Shown here piece by piece: positions 23,580 to 35,599 of a stretch of DNA of 64,000 nt. Positions within the stretch are counted from its first letter, which is position 1; the number at the start of each line of letters is the position of its first letter. Below the pieces are notes generated by a model that had not been told where the DNA came from, did no database searches, and saw only the letters and a list, made by a program, of their open reading frames with translations. The stretch comes from Ranitomeya imitator. Its lineage: Eukaryota. The stretch covers positions 20,336,001 through 20,400,000 of the forward strand of contig NC_091291.1 of the NCBI RefSeq assembly GCF_032444005.1, written 5' to 3'. The position numbers and the translations under genes are program-made.

Positions 23580-24066
23580 CTGTAATAACTGGAACTCGCT
23601 TCTATCAATGCTGTTAAGCAATTTGTATAACGAGAAGGCGGTAACTGAGAACCATAGCGGGTTTCCCGGAGGAGGACAGTGGTCAGTTGTTGCCCACTCC
23701 TCTAGTGAGTAGACGGGACTTTGCAGCTATTTCACGTCCACAAAGTCGTGAACAGAGTTGGTGAAAGCAGAGAGGATTCTGTCGAAGGTTACAGAGTAGA
23801 GGAGGAATCAGCCAAGCAAGAGCAGAACCAAAGAGATCTCGGAGAAGGCTTCACCACCACCACTATTCCTTGCTACAGAAGCTGTTTGCTAACCTTCCTG
23901 TGCAGTTCTCAAAAGGTTTAGACTCTGGGCACTCTCTCACTGAGTTCCTTCCAGTTGTCCAGTATAGATTTCCTTATCCTGCATGTATTTTATTTAAAAG
24001 AAATTTCTGATTTTACTATCGTTTGTCCTTTTTTTTCCCCCCATTTTCACTAAATTCCAACATAAT

Positions 24067-24106
24067 ACTCCTTGAGAAAGCCACTAGGCGAAACGTACGT
24101 TGGAGT
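24067..24106 (+). ncRNA. Variant/decayed type I hammerhead motif (Penelope-like terminal repeat remnant)
   Basis: ACTCC-TTGAGAA-A-GCC-ACTA-GGC-GAAAC-GTAC-GTT-GGAGT. Stems I and II and the palindromic stem III are present, but the core deviates from CTGANGA. A T-rich tail with AATAAA follows. Confidence 0.6.
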
Positions 24107-24377
24107 CACAGGAGCCACGGTCGTGCTGACTACTGTTAAACACAACTTCTTTTACACTTCTTTGTTTTTTATGCCTACTTTATTATGCAAATATCTATAA
24201 TGTCTCTTCACAGAAATATATGTACCTGTTTACAAATGCCATAGGCTATATATGTATGGAAGTTCTTATGATATTGACTCCCTATTCCCATTACCAATAT
24301 TTTGTACAGTGGTTCCCTCTCCCTTCATGTGTTTTTATTGTTCTTATATTTTAATCATTATAATCTAATAAAAACTA

Positions 24378-24380
<3 letters not shown>

Positions 24381-24432
<52 letters not shown>

Positions 24433-24520
24433 TGTTTTCTTTTGCTTTATTCCCTCTTTTTGAGTAGATATATATATATGTACTGTATATATATATATAT
24501 GTGTGTATATATAGATATAT
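24381..24520. repeat. (TA)n microsatellites
   Basis: Interrupted TA runs. Confidence 0.9.
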
Positions 24521-26584
24521 AAGAAAAGTTATATATGTTTTTTATATTTTTTGTGTCTTTTTTTAACATAACTATTTTATAACCCTGGCCCTAAAACTAA
24601 CCCTAGCTCCAACTCTATTATTACCAGTAACCCTATTCCTAGTTTTTGAGATAGTATGTAAAATTTATTGCAATGTTAGAATATTTTTTAGTATTTTTTT
24701 TACAGTGATCAACCTTTTACCTTTTATTTTTTAGTATTTTTTTTTACAGTGATCAACCTTTTACATTTTAGGAAAGATCTCCGAGCAGGACTCTATTCCT
24801 CCTCCCGAAAGATTATAAATGAGAATGAAAGCAGGGAGTTGAGAAGCAGCAGGTGCCAGCTGTGTTAGACATCTGACATCTGCTTGTAAAAGCTATGTTC
24901 TGATTGCTGCTGTTATTTGTTTACTTGCTGCAAATTAATTGCAGCACTAAGGATGCAATGAGATTTCAGGGTCCCAGCGCAATACCATGACAACATGAAC
25001 CCTAGAACCTTTTTTTTTTTTACAAACATTTGATTTTATTTTCAGTAAAATAAAAGCAATTAATGTACAAGTTTGGTGTCGGAATATTCATACTGATCTG
25101 AAGAATCTTGTCGTCGGCTCAATATTAATACACAATGTGTTCTATAAAAAATAAATCCAAAAAATGAACTGAGGAATTGTGTTTTCTTTTAGTTTTAACA
25201 TTTCACTACACTTTAATTTATTTTGGTTTCCAGTACATTAGATGGTAAAATAAAATGAATATTTCTAAACGACATCTCCTCCTGCAATAATTAAACGCTT
25301 ACATGGCTATGTCAATGGAAAAATGAAAAAGTCTTGGCTCTTGGAAGAAAGATGGGGAAAAAAACAATAGCGCAAAAATAAAAAATTGTTGTGGTGGGAA
25401 AGGGTTGACTTATGTGTAGAGTTGAGCGAATATGTTCAGAATCCGTCTCCGAATCAGAATTTGCCATATTCGTGCCATATTGGTATCCTATTTGTGCCAA
25501 ATTTATGTTTGACGATCGGTTCCGAACATATTCGATCATTTCTACACCCATTGACTTCAATGACGTTTGGCTGTGTTCGGCGAACATTGCAAAAACAATA
25601 TTTACCGCCGATCGCAACACGTTCTACATAGAGACAGAAGAGTAGTAATCCAAAATGTATGTGTGTTGTGAATGGGAGACATCAAAGCAGCTGGTCTCCA
25701 TCCACTAGTTGTGAGACAACTGAAAATTAGAAATAGACTGCAGAGGAGAAAACCTGCTGAAAAATGCAAAATGCAATTTATGGAATGACTATAAATTGTG
25801 TCATTCCTCATGTACACGCACCACACCTTATTTTGAATGGTAGGTATGCTCAAACAAAAAAAGTAGATCATGTAAAAAGATTCTGCCCATCTAAAAAGAA
25901 AGTGACAGAGATGAGCTGCTGGCCGGAAGCCCTGCAAACCTGCCAGCTTCTCCAGCTCCAGTTTTGATTATCCGACCTTGTGCAACATCTTCATTGGGGC
26001 ATGACACAGAGACAAAGTCGTGACAAGTCGGGTAATCAAAATTGTAGGTCTTGATCTTGGCAGGTATTGGGAGGTTGTGGAGGATGATGACTTGACCGTT
26101 GGACCAGGGTCTTATTTACTCATCTCTAGTCATGACCCTGTCATCCATAGTGGGAACCTATCATGGAGGTTCTCACCATAATGTGCTCCCACTCCTCAGT
26201 CAGCAAGATCCACCCTCTCCTCGTGAAAGCTTTCCTCTTTATACAGGTTGTCAATGGAAAGGTGGGTGAAGTCCACTCTATAAAATTACCCGAACTTGGC
26301 TCCAGCTGCAGCTCATAAAAATTGTTATGAAAACTACTACGAAACACCAATGAAAACTCTCCATACACATGAAAGTCAATTTTTGGTGGAATCTACTGAT
26401 CATCTAATGTGTCTTGTGACCTCCCGATTCTCCTACCAAAGATGATATCGGGAGAGATAAGGATGAATTAAAATGTCAGATCACTTTGTTCTCTGGGCAG
26501 ATAAGCTGCTATCAGATGAGACTGCCAGAGAACAAGTAAACTCTCAATGCAATAGTTTATTATGGCAATTAGAGTCCTACTGAA

Positions 26585-28328
26585 TCACCTAACTACAATC
26601 TTTAATCTCTCCCTCTCCTCTGGCATTTTCCCCTCCTCCTTCAAACACTCTATCTTTACTCCATTACTAAAGAAACCCGCTCTCGACCCATCCTACCCAA
26701 ATAACTACAGACCAGTCTCCAATCTCCTCTTCATCTCTAAACTCTTGGAGCGCTTGGTCTACTCCCGCCTTACCCGCTACCTCTCCACTCACACCTTCCT
26801 AGACCCTTCACCGTCCAGCTTCCGCCCCCTACATTCGACTGAAACTGCACTCATCAAAGTGACCAACGACCTTCTGACAGCAAAATGTAACGGTGACCAC
26901 TCTCTGCTCATTCTTCTTGACCTTTCTGCAGCGTTCGACACTGTTGACCACCATCTCCTACTCTCTAGGCGCCAGTCACTTGGCATTACGGACACTGCTC
27001 TCTCCTGGTTCTCCTCCTTCCTTTCTGACCGCTCCTTCAGTGTTCTGTTCTCTGGCTCCACTTCATCTCCTCTTCCTCTCACTGTCGGGGTACCTCAGGG
27101 CTCAGTCCTTGGCCCCCTTCTCTTCTCCCTCTACACAGCTCCAATTGGACAGACCATCAGCAGATTTGGCTTTCAGTACCATCTTTATGCCGATGATACA
27201 CAACTATACACGTCATCCCCTGACCTTACTCCCGCTGTACTACAGAACGCCACTGACTGTCTGTCTGCAGTCTCCAACATCATGTCCGCTCTCTATTTGA
27301 AACTCAACTTCTCCAAAACTGAACTTCTTCTGCTCTCGCCATCTACTAACCTCCCTAAATCTGACATTTCCCTCTCCGTGGGTGGCACCATAATAACACC
27401 CCGGCAGCAGGTGCACTTTCTGGGTGTTATGTTTGACTTCGATCTCTCCTTCATATCCCATATACAATCTCTTGCCCGCTCGTGCCGCTTACTCCTAAAG
27501 AACATCTCTAGAATCTGCCCTTTTCTCACCATGGAAACAATAAAAACCCTCACGGTCGCCCTGATCCACTCCCGCCTGGACTACTGTAACGCTCTACTAA
27601 TTGGCCTCCCCCTTATTCGACTTTCCCCTCCCCAGTCCATCCTTAATGCAGTAGCCAGGGTCGTCCATCTGGCTAATCGTTACTCGGACGCGTCCGCTCT
27701 TCGCCAGTCGTTACACTGGCTGCCCATTCATTACAGGATACAATTCAAAGTACTTGTTCTCACCCACAAAGCTCTCCACAGTGCGGCACCCCCTTACATC
27801 TCCTCCCTCATTTCTGTCTATCTGCCTAACCGACCGCTGCACTCTGCAAATGACTTTCGGCTAACCTCTGCACTAATCTGTACCTCCCACTCCCGACTCC
27901 AAGACTTCTCCCGTGCTGCGCCAATCCTCTGGAATGCTCTACCCCAAGATATTAGGACCATCCATAATTTGCATAGTTTTAGGCGCTCGCTCAAAACACA
28001 TTTGTTCAGAGCGGCCTACCATGTTCACTAATCAAAGTCATTTTATGTTTGTGTGTGTGTAGCCCATTCACTATCTCCATCTATTCCCCACCCCCTGAAG
28101 ATGGCTGGACCATCATTGTAAATACATCATTGTAAATGCACACCTGTGCTTTGTATCTCCCCACCTCATTGTAGATTGTAAGCTCTCACGAGCAGGGTCG
28201 TCTTATTTTGCTTTAATTATTGTATTGTTAACATTGTTACTTATGACTGTTGTGTTTGATACTGTTAAACTGTAAAGCGCTGCGGAATATGTTGGCGCTA
28301 TATAAATAAAGATTATTATTATTATTAT
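26585..28328 (+). mobile_element. 5'-truncated L2-clade LINE with an open RT domain, 3' UTR and (ATT)n tail
   Basis: ORF 26562-28031 carries [39 protein letters not shown] and YADDTQLY. The 3' end is AAAGCGCTGCGG...GGCGCTATATAAATAAAG(ATT)n. Confidence 0.95.
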
Positions 28329-28979
28329 CTCCTCTTACCTGCCATCTTGGTCCTCCTGTGAAGCTCATCCACAGGCTGAGCTTCATAGAGCAATAATTTT
28401 ACTAAATACTACCATACACAGTATAGCAGTATATATTATTGCATCTGCCACACTTGCAATAAAAGTGATCAAAATGTTACATGTACCCCAAAATAATTCA
28501 GCTCACAACAGGAAAAACAAGACCTGTCTCAGCTCCATTAGCAGGAAAATAAAAAAGTTATAGCTTTCAAAAATGGCGACACAAATCCGTTTGTTTACCA
28601 AAATGTCAGAATTTTGTTTTACCACTAATTAAATGTCAAGGAGCCTGGAAAAAAAGGGGAGGAAAAGAGGAAAGCACAAAAAAACATGAAAATTATCTGT
28701 AACAGAAAGGGGGTGACTCAAAATATCTAATCTACAACTTATATCACCAAAGCACAGCTCTGAAAAAGCGGAAGCACAAATGTTCCGACTGATAAAATCT
28801 TGTTTAATTAAAAAAAATAAAATAACTGCAATTGGCTCAGTCCTACAAGTGTTAAGGCAAAAGAGGATCTTCTATTAACAATAAGTTTTCGCTGACTCGG
28901 CATCTCATGTAATAACCAATATCACAGCTGAACTTCTTTATACTTGATGTATTTCTGGAGAACATTCGTTTAGAGCGAA

Positions 28980-29030
28980 GAACCTCAAAAATTAAATCAA
29001 GAAATCGATCCTGGAGATAGACAAGTAAGT
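28980..29030 (+). promoter_or_regulatory. Putative non-coding first exon end and splice donor of receptor 2
   Basis: GATCCTGGAGATAGACAA|GTAAGT is paralogous to GATTCTGGAGAAAAGCAA|GTAAGT at 13189. The acceptor TTTTGTAG ends at 32062. Confidence 0.6.
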
Positions 29031-29448
29031 AACCAAAGTTTGAACCATGTATCGGGTAGACGATAAATAAGGACTGGATGTGAGTGAGAAGAAGACTCGG
29101 AGTTGTTACATTTAGTACAGGTAAATGTTATGCATTATATTACATAGTTACTGCAAAGAGTGATTTTTGCTGCCCTAACCCTAATGAAAATATCTATATT
29201 AATGATGAAATAATGTCTTATCTGAGCATTCTCAAGTGTTGTCAGAGTATCTTGTGGTGTGCCATGTGTTCCTGCTGTCTAACAACCCAACAACTGCAAA
29301 TAATGCAACTACAAGAACTCGAACTTAATATATGCCCACCACAAGATACTCTGGCAACACGCGAGCATGATCAGGTAAGACAATATCCAAGCATATTCCC
29401 TCATCACTAATTTAATACATTTAAATGGTAACTATACATACTATATAT

Positions 29449-31208
29449 TATAGAGACAGGAGAGCAGGAGTCCTTCATGTCTGTATGTGCTGAGGATAAG
29501 TAAATAAGGCAGCACACTGCAGCGCTAAAACATGTAAACTTGAAATACGAAATTTGAACTGCATTACTGCACTAGAAATATGAAAAATGAGAGCGTTTAG
29601 CGCATAAAAATGGCCAATTTTATGTGTACCTGGTAGCCCCTTTACGGCATCTCTCTTATACCAGGTCCTAAACTTGCCTTACCTCGCTTTGAAATGTATG
29701 TGCTATGGAGACAGGAGAGCAGGAGTCCTTCATGTCTGTGTGTGCTATAGAGACAGGAGAGCAGGAGTCCCTCATGTCTGTGTGCTATAGAGACAGGAGA
29801 GCAGGAGTCCTTCATGTCTGTGTGTGATATAGAGACAGGAGAGCAGGAGTCCCTCATGTCTGTGTGCTATAGAGACAGGAGAGCAGGAGTCCTTCATGTC
29901 TGTGTGTGCTATAGAGACGGGAGAGCAGGAGTCCTTCATGTCTGTGTGCTATAGAGACAGGAGAGCAGGAGTCCTTCATGTCTGTGTGTGCTATAGAGAC
30001 AGGAGAGCAGGAGTCCTTCATGTCTGTGTGTGCTATAGAGACAGGAGAGCAGGAGTCCTTCATGTCTGTGTGTGCTGTAGAGACAGGAGAGCAGGAATCC
30101 TTCATGTCTGTGTGCTATAGAGACTGGAGAGCAGGAGTCCTTCATGTCTGTGTGTGCTATAGAGACAGGAGAGCAGGAGTCCTTCATGTCTGTGTGTGAT
30201 ATAGAGACAGGAGAGCAGGAGTCCTTCATGTCTGTGTGTGCTATAGAGACAGGAGAGCAGGAGTCCTTCATGTCTGTGTGTGCTATAGAGACAGGAGAGC
30301 AGGAGTCCCTCATGTCTGTGTGCTATAGAGACAGGAGAGCAGGAGTCCTTCATGTCTGTGTGTGCTATAGAGACGGGAGAGCAGGAGTCCTTCATGTCTG
30401 TGTGCTATAGAGACAGGAGAGCAGGAGTCCTTCATGTCTGTGTGTGCTATAGAGACAGGAGAGCAGGAGTCCTTCATGTCTGTGTGTGCTATAGAGACAG
30501 AAGAGCAGGAGTCCTTCATGTCTGTATGTGCTATAGAGACAGGAGAGCAGGAGTCCTTCATGTCTGTGTGTGCTATAGAGACAGGAGAGCAGGAGTCCCT
30601 CATGTATGTGTGTGCTATAGAGACAGGAGAGCAGGAGTCCTTCATGTCTGTGTGTGCTATAGAGACTGGAGAGCAGGAGTCCTTCATGTCTGTATGTGCT
30701 ATAGAGACAGGAGAGCAGGAGTCCCTCATGTCTGTGTGTGCTATAGAGACAGGAGAGCAGGAGTCCTTCATGTCTGTGTGCTATAGAGACAGGAGAGCAG
30801 GAGTCCTTCATGTCTGTATGTGCTATAGAGACAGGAGAGCAGGAGTCCTTCATGTCTGTGTGTGCTATAGAGACAGAAGAGCAGGAGTCCCTTATATCTG
30901 TGTGTGCTATAAGAGACAGGAGAGCAGGAGTCCTTCATGTCTGTATGTGCTATAGAGACAGGAGAGCAGGAGTCCTTCATGTCTGTGTGTGCTATAGAGA
31001 CAGAAGAGCAGGAGTCCTTCATGTCTGTGTGTGCTATAGAGACAGGAGAGCAGGAGTCCCTCATGTCTGTGTGTGCTATAGAGACAGAAGAGCAGGAGTC
31101 CCTTATATCTGTGTGTGCTATAAGAGACAGGAGAGCAGGAGTCCTTCATGTCTGTGTGTGCTATAGAGACAGGAGAGCAGGAGTCCCTCATGTCTGTGTG
31201 TGCTATAG
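29449..31208. repeat. 41/39-bp minisatellite, with the first unit split off by a foreign insert of about 200 bp (about 29492-29692)
   Basis: About 38 copies of GTGTGCTATAGAGACAGGAGAGCAGGAGTCCTTCATGTCT(GT). A lone unit lies at about 29449-29491. Confidence 0.97.
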
Positions 31209-31750
31209 ACTATAAACATAAGGATGAATGATCTCGGGGAGATCAAAACATCCAACACCGTGGAGACATCATCACGTGTTTCTCAACGCAGTGATCCAGA
31301 ACACTTCCCCCATCCCTTATGGGAAATATGCAAATGCATGTAGAAAAGCTGCGGAGACACCATCACGTGTTTCTCAACGCAAGCAATAAATAGCCAGGTC
31401 TTTCACCGGGAAGGAACAACCACGGGAAGGGCAGCATCCAAAAAGGAAAACCACCTATGCCAAAACATTGTATCCATCCACAGACAGCTGTTTCGGGCTA
31501 TTTTCCCCTCATCAGTGTGGAGTAGGAAACTGGCTATTAGGAGCAGTGCCTAGTAAAAGGACTATAAACATAAGGATGAATGATCTTGGGGAGATCAAAA
31601 CATCCAACACTGCGGAGACACCTTCACGTGTTTCTCAACGCAGTGATCCAGAACACTGCTCCCATCCCTTATGGGAAATATGCAAATGCATGTAAAGTAC
31701 GCTGCAGAGACACCATCACGTGTTTCTCAACGCAAGCAATAAATAGCCAG
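31208..31750 (-). mobile_element. Tandem 352-bp monomer (about 1.5 copies) carrying a hammerhead ribozyme: non-LTR retrozyme or Penelope-type terminal repeat
   Basis: GACTATAAACATAAGGATGAATGA starts at 31208 and again at 31560. No ORF. The hammerhead lies in the non-duplicated half. Confidence 0.8.
31478..31520 (-). ncRNA. Type I hammerhead ribozyme with a complete catalytic core
   Basis: Minus strand reads CCACA-CTGATGA-GGG GAAAATAG CCC-GAAAC-AGCT-GTC^TGTGG. Stem I is TCCACA/TGTGGA and stem III is palindromic ACAGCTGT. The predicted cut is after GUC, between 31483 and 31482. Confidence 0.9.
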
Positions 31751-32100
31751 ATCCTTGGAGATATCCCCAAATCCTTTGCCATATAACTTTCTCGACTGTG
31801 ATGATTACATTGATTTCCCAGATATGTAATATTACCAGTGGAGTTATCTGTAGATTTTACTTGTTTTAAAAAATAATTATGAGATCTCGCCAAAAGAAGA
31901 AGAATGAAGTTTATTCATTAGGATTTCCTAAATTCTTTAATGAGACTATAACGCTGATCTAGTGATAAAATACCAAAGCACTAAGGTGTCATGTCTTTAA
32001 TACAAAATGATATATAGTAATTTATAATTGTTGTTATTAGTGTTTTTCTTTACATTTTGTAGCCTTTTGAAGAACTGTCCAACTGTCCACAACTAAAGCC

Positions 32101-33102
32101 ATGGAGAACCATACAACAGCGTATTCGACCTTCAATATTCCACTCCTTGATGGCACTGCTGTTCCCACCGATTATGATTATGATGACTTTATGGAATACA
32201 CAAAATCCTCTGTAGATTATTTTGTTTTGGTGATGTACTCTTTGACTTTATTACTAGGAACTATAGGAAACGGCCTAGTTATCTGGATCGCAGTCTTCAA
32301 GATGAAGAAGACAGTCAACGTCATTTGGTTCCTTAATTTGTCAATTGTCGACTTTATCTTCATATTATTTCTCCCCTTGCGCATCATCCACCTGGCTAAT
32401 GGTTTCAACTGGCTCTTCGGAAACTTCATGTGCAAGTTGAGCAGCATGGTGGCTTTCATCAATCTGTACGCTAGCGTGTTCCTGCTCACCATCATCAGTA
32501 TGGACCGTTGTGCCTCTGTCATCTTCCCGGTTTGGTGTCGAAACCATCGGACTGCGAAACTGGCTAAAATCGTTGTCACTTCTGTTTGGATCCTGGCCAT
32601 TTTATTTAGCTTACTATACTTTATTTTTAGAAAAACCTACCAGGATTATCACTACTCTTTTTGCTATGTCAACTTTGAACTTGGAGAGTCAGAAGAGATT
32701 GGTATTTACCGCCGTAAAACGACAGTGATAATAAGATTCATTATGGGATTTTGTATTCCTTTCACCATCATTGTCACGTGTTACTCTGTGATTGCCATAC
32801 GTATCCGAAGAAACCCCACTTCCACCTCTTCCAAGCCCTTCAAAGTCATAATCGCCGTGATAATTGCCTTTTTTGTCTGTTGGGCTCCTTATCATATTTT
32901 CTCCATTTTGGAATTGCGTACAATTCAGCAGACTGATGATTATCTATTGAAAGAACTTCGCTTTGGGTTTCCTATCGCAACCACCCTGCCGGCCTTCATC
33001 AACAGCTGCGTCAATCCTTTTCTTTATGTATTTATTGGTCGGGACTTTAGGGACAAATTCTGGAGCTCTTTTCCGTCCATATTGGAGAAATCTTTCAGTT
33101 AG
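32101..33102 (+). CDS. CMKLR1/GPR33-like chemoattractant GPCR paralogue 2, 333 aa, intact 7TM
   Basis: N-glycan site NHT, acidic Tyr-rich N-terminus DYDYDD, GNGLVIW, DRC, ECL2 Cys, CWAPYH and NPFLY. A splice acceptor lies just upstream of the ATG. Confidence 0.95.
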   Translation: MENHTTAYSTFNIPLLDGTAVPTDYDYDDFMEYTKSSVDYFVLVMYSLTLLLGTIGNGLVIWIAVFKMKKTVNVIWFLNLSIVDFIFILFLPLRIIHLANGFNWLFGNFMCKLSSMVAFINLYASVFLLTIISMDRCASVIFPVWCRNHRTAKLAKIVVTSVWILAILFSLLYFIFRKTYQDYHYSFCYVNFELGESEEIGIYRRKTTVIIRFIMGFCIPFTIIVTCYSVIAIRIRRNPTSTSSKPFKVIIAVIIAFFVCWAPYHIFSILELRTIQQTDDYLLKELRFGFPIATTLPAFINSCVNPFLYVFIGRDFRDKFWSSFPSILEKSFS

Positions 33103-33676
33103 GACTCTAAAAGACTTGAAAGAGCAAGATAAAGGGCCGTCGAGTTTTTAAAGAGTTTGTGGGACTTTCCAAGTGGAAAAACTTATCGTTGAAGATATCT
33201 TGTAATGCATGCATATTAAATGACCAGAGAGGACAGTTGTCCCAACGATTGTCTATTTTAGAGATTCAACTTTGCTTTTTTTTTCAATTCTAATTGTATG
33301 TCAAAAAGTCGATTTTACAACCAGTACTATAAAAAATATCAAAAATTAAAAAAAGTATTATATTATACATTTCCTAACTCAACCAAAGTGATTGTGGCAC
33401 ACGGGAACAGATCTCCTGCTACACGACAACTGTTTTCCTCAGCAGCAGTAAAATGGAATACCACACATAGATGCTGTAAATAATTTTTGGGTCTTTTCCA
33501 TATATACTGGATGAATTAAAAGGGTATTTCCATCTCCAAGATCCTATCCCAATATGTAGTAGGTGTAATAATAATAATAAAGGCAAAAACCTCCAATTAG
33601 AAATGTAGTCTTTCTGATTCGCAATGTCTCTTTCCTAATGTAAAGGCATTGCATGACCTTAAGTGTCACCATGTGT

Positions 33677-35160
33677 CACCCCTGGGTGAAGCTTTTAATA
33701 GCGAAACGCGCGTCGGGTGTGTTGGGTCCCTGGTTTCCTGCACTGCCGGTAATTTTACACGTATCAAAGGTCTTCTTTATTCATGTTTGTTTTCATGTTT
33801 GGGTTGTTCCTTTCAGTCTTATGTGGATACAATGTTCCTATAAGGATGTAAGACATCACGGCATGTGTCCATCACTACCCCCTTCTTTATAGTGATAGTT
33901 ATATACATTGATGCAGGAACTGTATATTACTCATATTTTTGGTTGAATTTGTTAATATTTCCTTTAATCAAGCTTCTTGTATAACTATCTATAGCACACG
34001 ACCATGTGGTAGGAATAAATTACTTCTCTTTATATTCAAGTTGATCGTTAAAAGATATAGTAGAGCAGCACAAGCTTTTTATCCAGGTAAACCCACCTTT
34101 TTTCCTGTATTTAACCCACCCTGTTCATTATACTGCATATGCTTTTGCATCATAATGTTTTAATAAATTGTCGTAATAAAGATACTTTTAGCCTTCTACA
34201 AAGCTTCATCTTTATAGGTGTTTCAAGCAGCCTCTAACAACGCGTTTCAGGTTTCTCAAAACTGGACCACATATATATCATGTATCTCATGTTCAGTTTT
34301 GATGAAAGGTTCGATACGAACCTGAAACGAGTTAATAAAATCTTATCACACAAGTAATTATTCCTCTTAAGCGTGGCGGTTTACCAGAATGCTTATCTCC
34401 TACTTCTTCTCTACATGTGAGATAATTTGTCTAAGAACACAAATACACCAAAAATTTAAAATAAATTATATTAATATATGTGCAAATAATAATTATTGAA
34501 GCACTAATGGTGTATTGTGAGAAAATAGTGACTGAACATTTAGAGATAGAGAACCAACCACAACTAGAACATGACGAAGGAAGAGATTCTGAAACGCGCG
34601 TCGGGGTGTGCGATAGCGGGACCAGGTGACCCCCTCAAAAGGTATACCGCAGATAGAACTGCCTCTTTTGATCTTATGGTCGGATTTTGTTGCACACCGC
34701 ATTTTATGGGTGTTTGTTCACTGACCCGCTTGTGTACGTAGCATGCCCTGCGGGTGTTTCTATATAGCTGCGTTTTTCTGCACTTTGCACTTTATTTGTA
34801 TTAATTATTATCCCGCAGGTTTTTTCATGTGCCCTGTGGTGTTGCACATATTCTGATTGGATTTTGCACTAATTTTTAAGCAATAATTAATTTTCTTTCA
34901 AACTAGTGGATTTTTTTTGCTTGTGCACTTTATTATTATATTTATTTATTTATTTTTGGCTGTTTTTATTTATTAATTATTTATACCGACCATTTTATTT
35001 TTGGCAAAAAACTGCAAGAGATATTTTTGGGGTCACCTATTTATATCTTATTGATTTTAAATATATATTTTTTATGTCCTGTTATAGTTCGCGTACTTAT
35101 TAATTGTTTATATTGTGCCACTTGTCACCACAAATAAAGGCTATTTGATTAATATCAAAT
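33677..35160 (+). mobile_element. Cluster of decayed Penelope-like terminal-repeat remnants with hammerhead-like motifs
   Basis: GAAAC-GCGC-GTC motifs at about 33703 and 34591, TTGATGAA-AGGTTCG ATA CGAACCT-GAAAC at about 34299, and an inverted AACGCGTTTCAGGTT at 34239. Each motif is followed by T-rich sequence ending in AATAAA. Confidence 0.55.
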
Positions 35161-35599
35161 CCAATATGTGCAATTTAATCCAACCCAACGGAACCCAATT
35201 CAGTCACACCAAATCCAGTCCAATGTAATAATGATGGACTGCTCTGCTGAGTTCCGACCCCTAAAGACAACAGTCGTGCTATGTGTAAAGTGTCATGCAG
35301 TATTACATGTAGTGTGAATGGTGATGTGCATTTTATATAATGGAAATGTACAGCATGAAAGTAATGTAAAGTGTTAATGTATAGTGTGGGTAGGGCAGAG
35401 GGCAGGGTAAGCACAGGATTAGATTAGGGATAGGATAAGTACTGTTTATACAGTAAGTGGTTTAGCAACGGTGTAGGGCATAGGATGAGAACAGTAGGTT
35501 TAGTCTGTAGGATAGGACATAGTTAATAATAGAACTAGCCCAGTGGGTGGGGACTAGTGTTAATAAAAGGTGGGCACTTCCTGGTAGTGGGGGAGATAG

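Noticed and set aside
29642-31215. Overlapping repetitive ORFs (MSVCAIETGEQESF / MKDSCSPVSIAHTD)
   Set aside because: Translations of the 41/39-bp minisatellite on both strands with constant frame switching.
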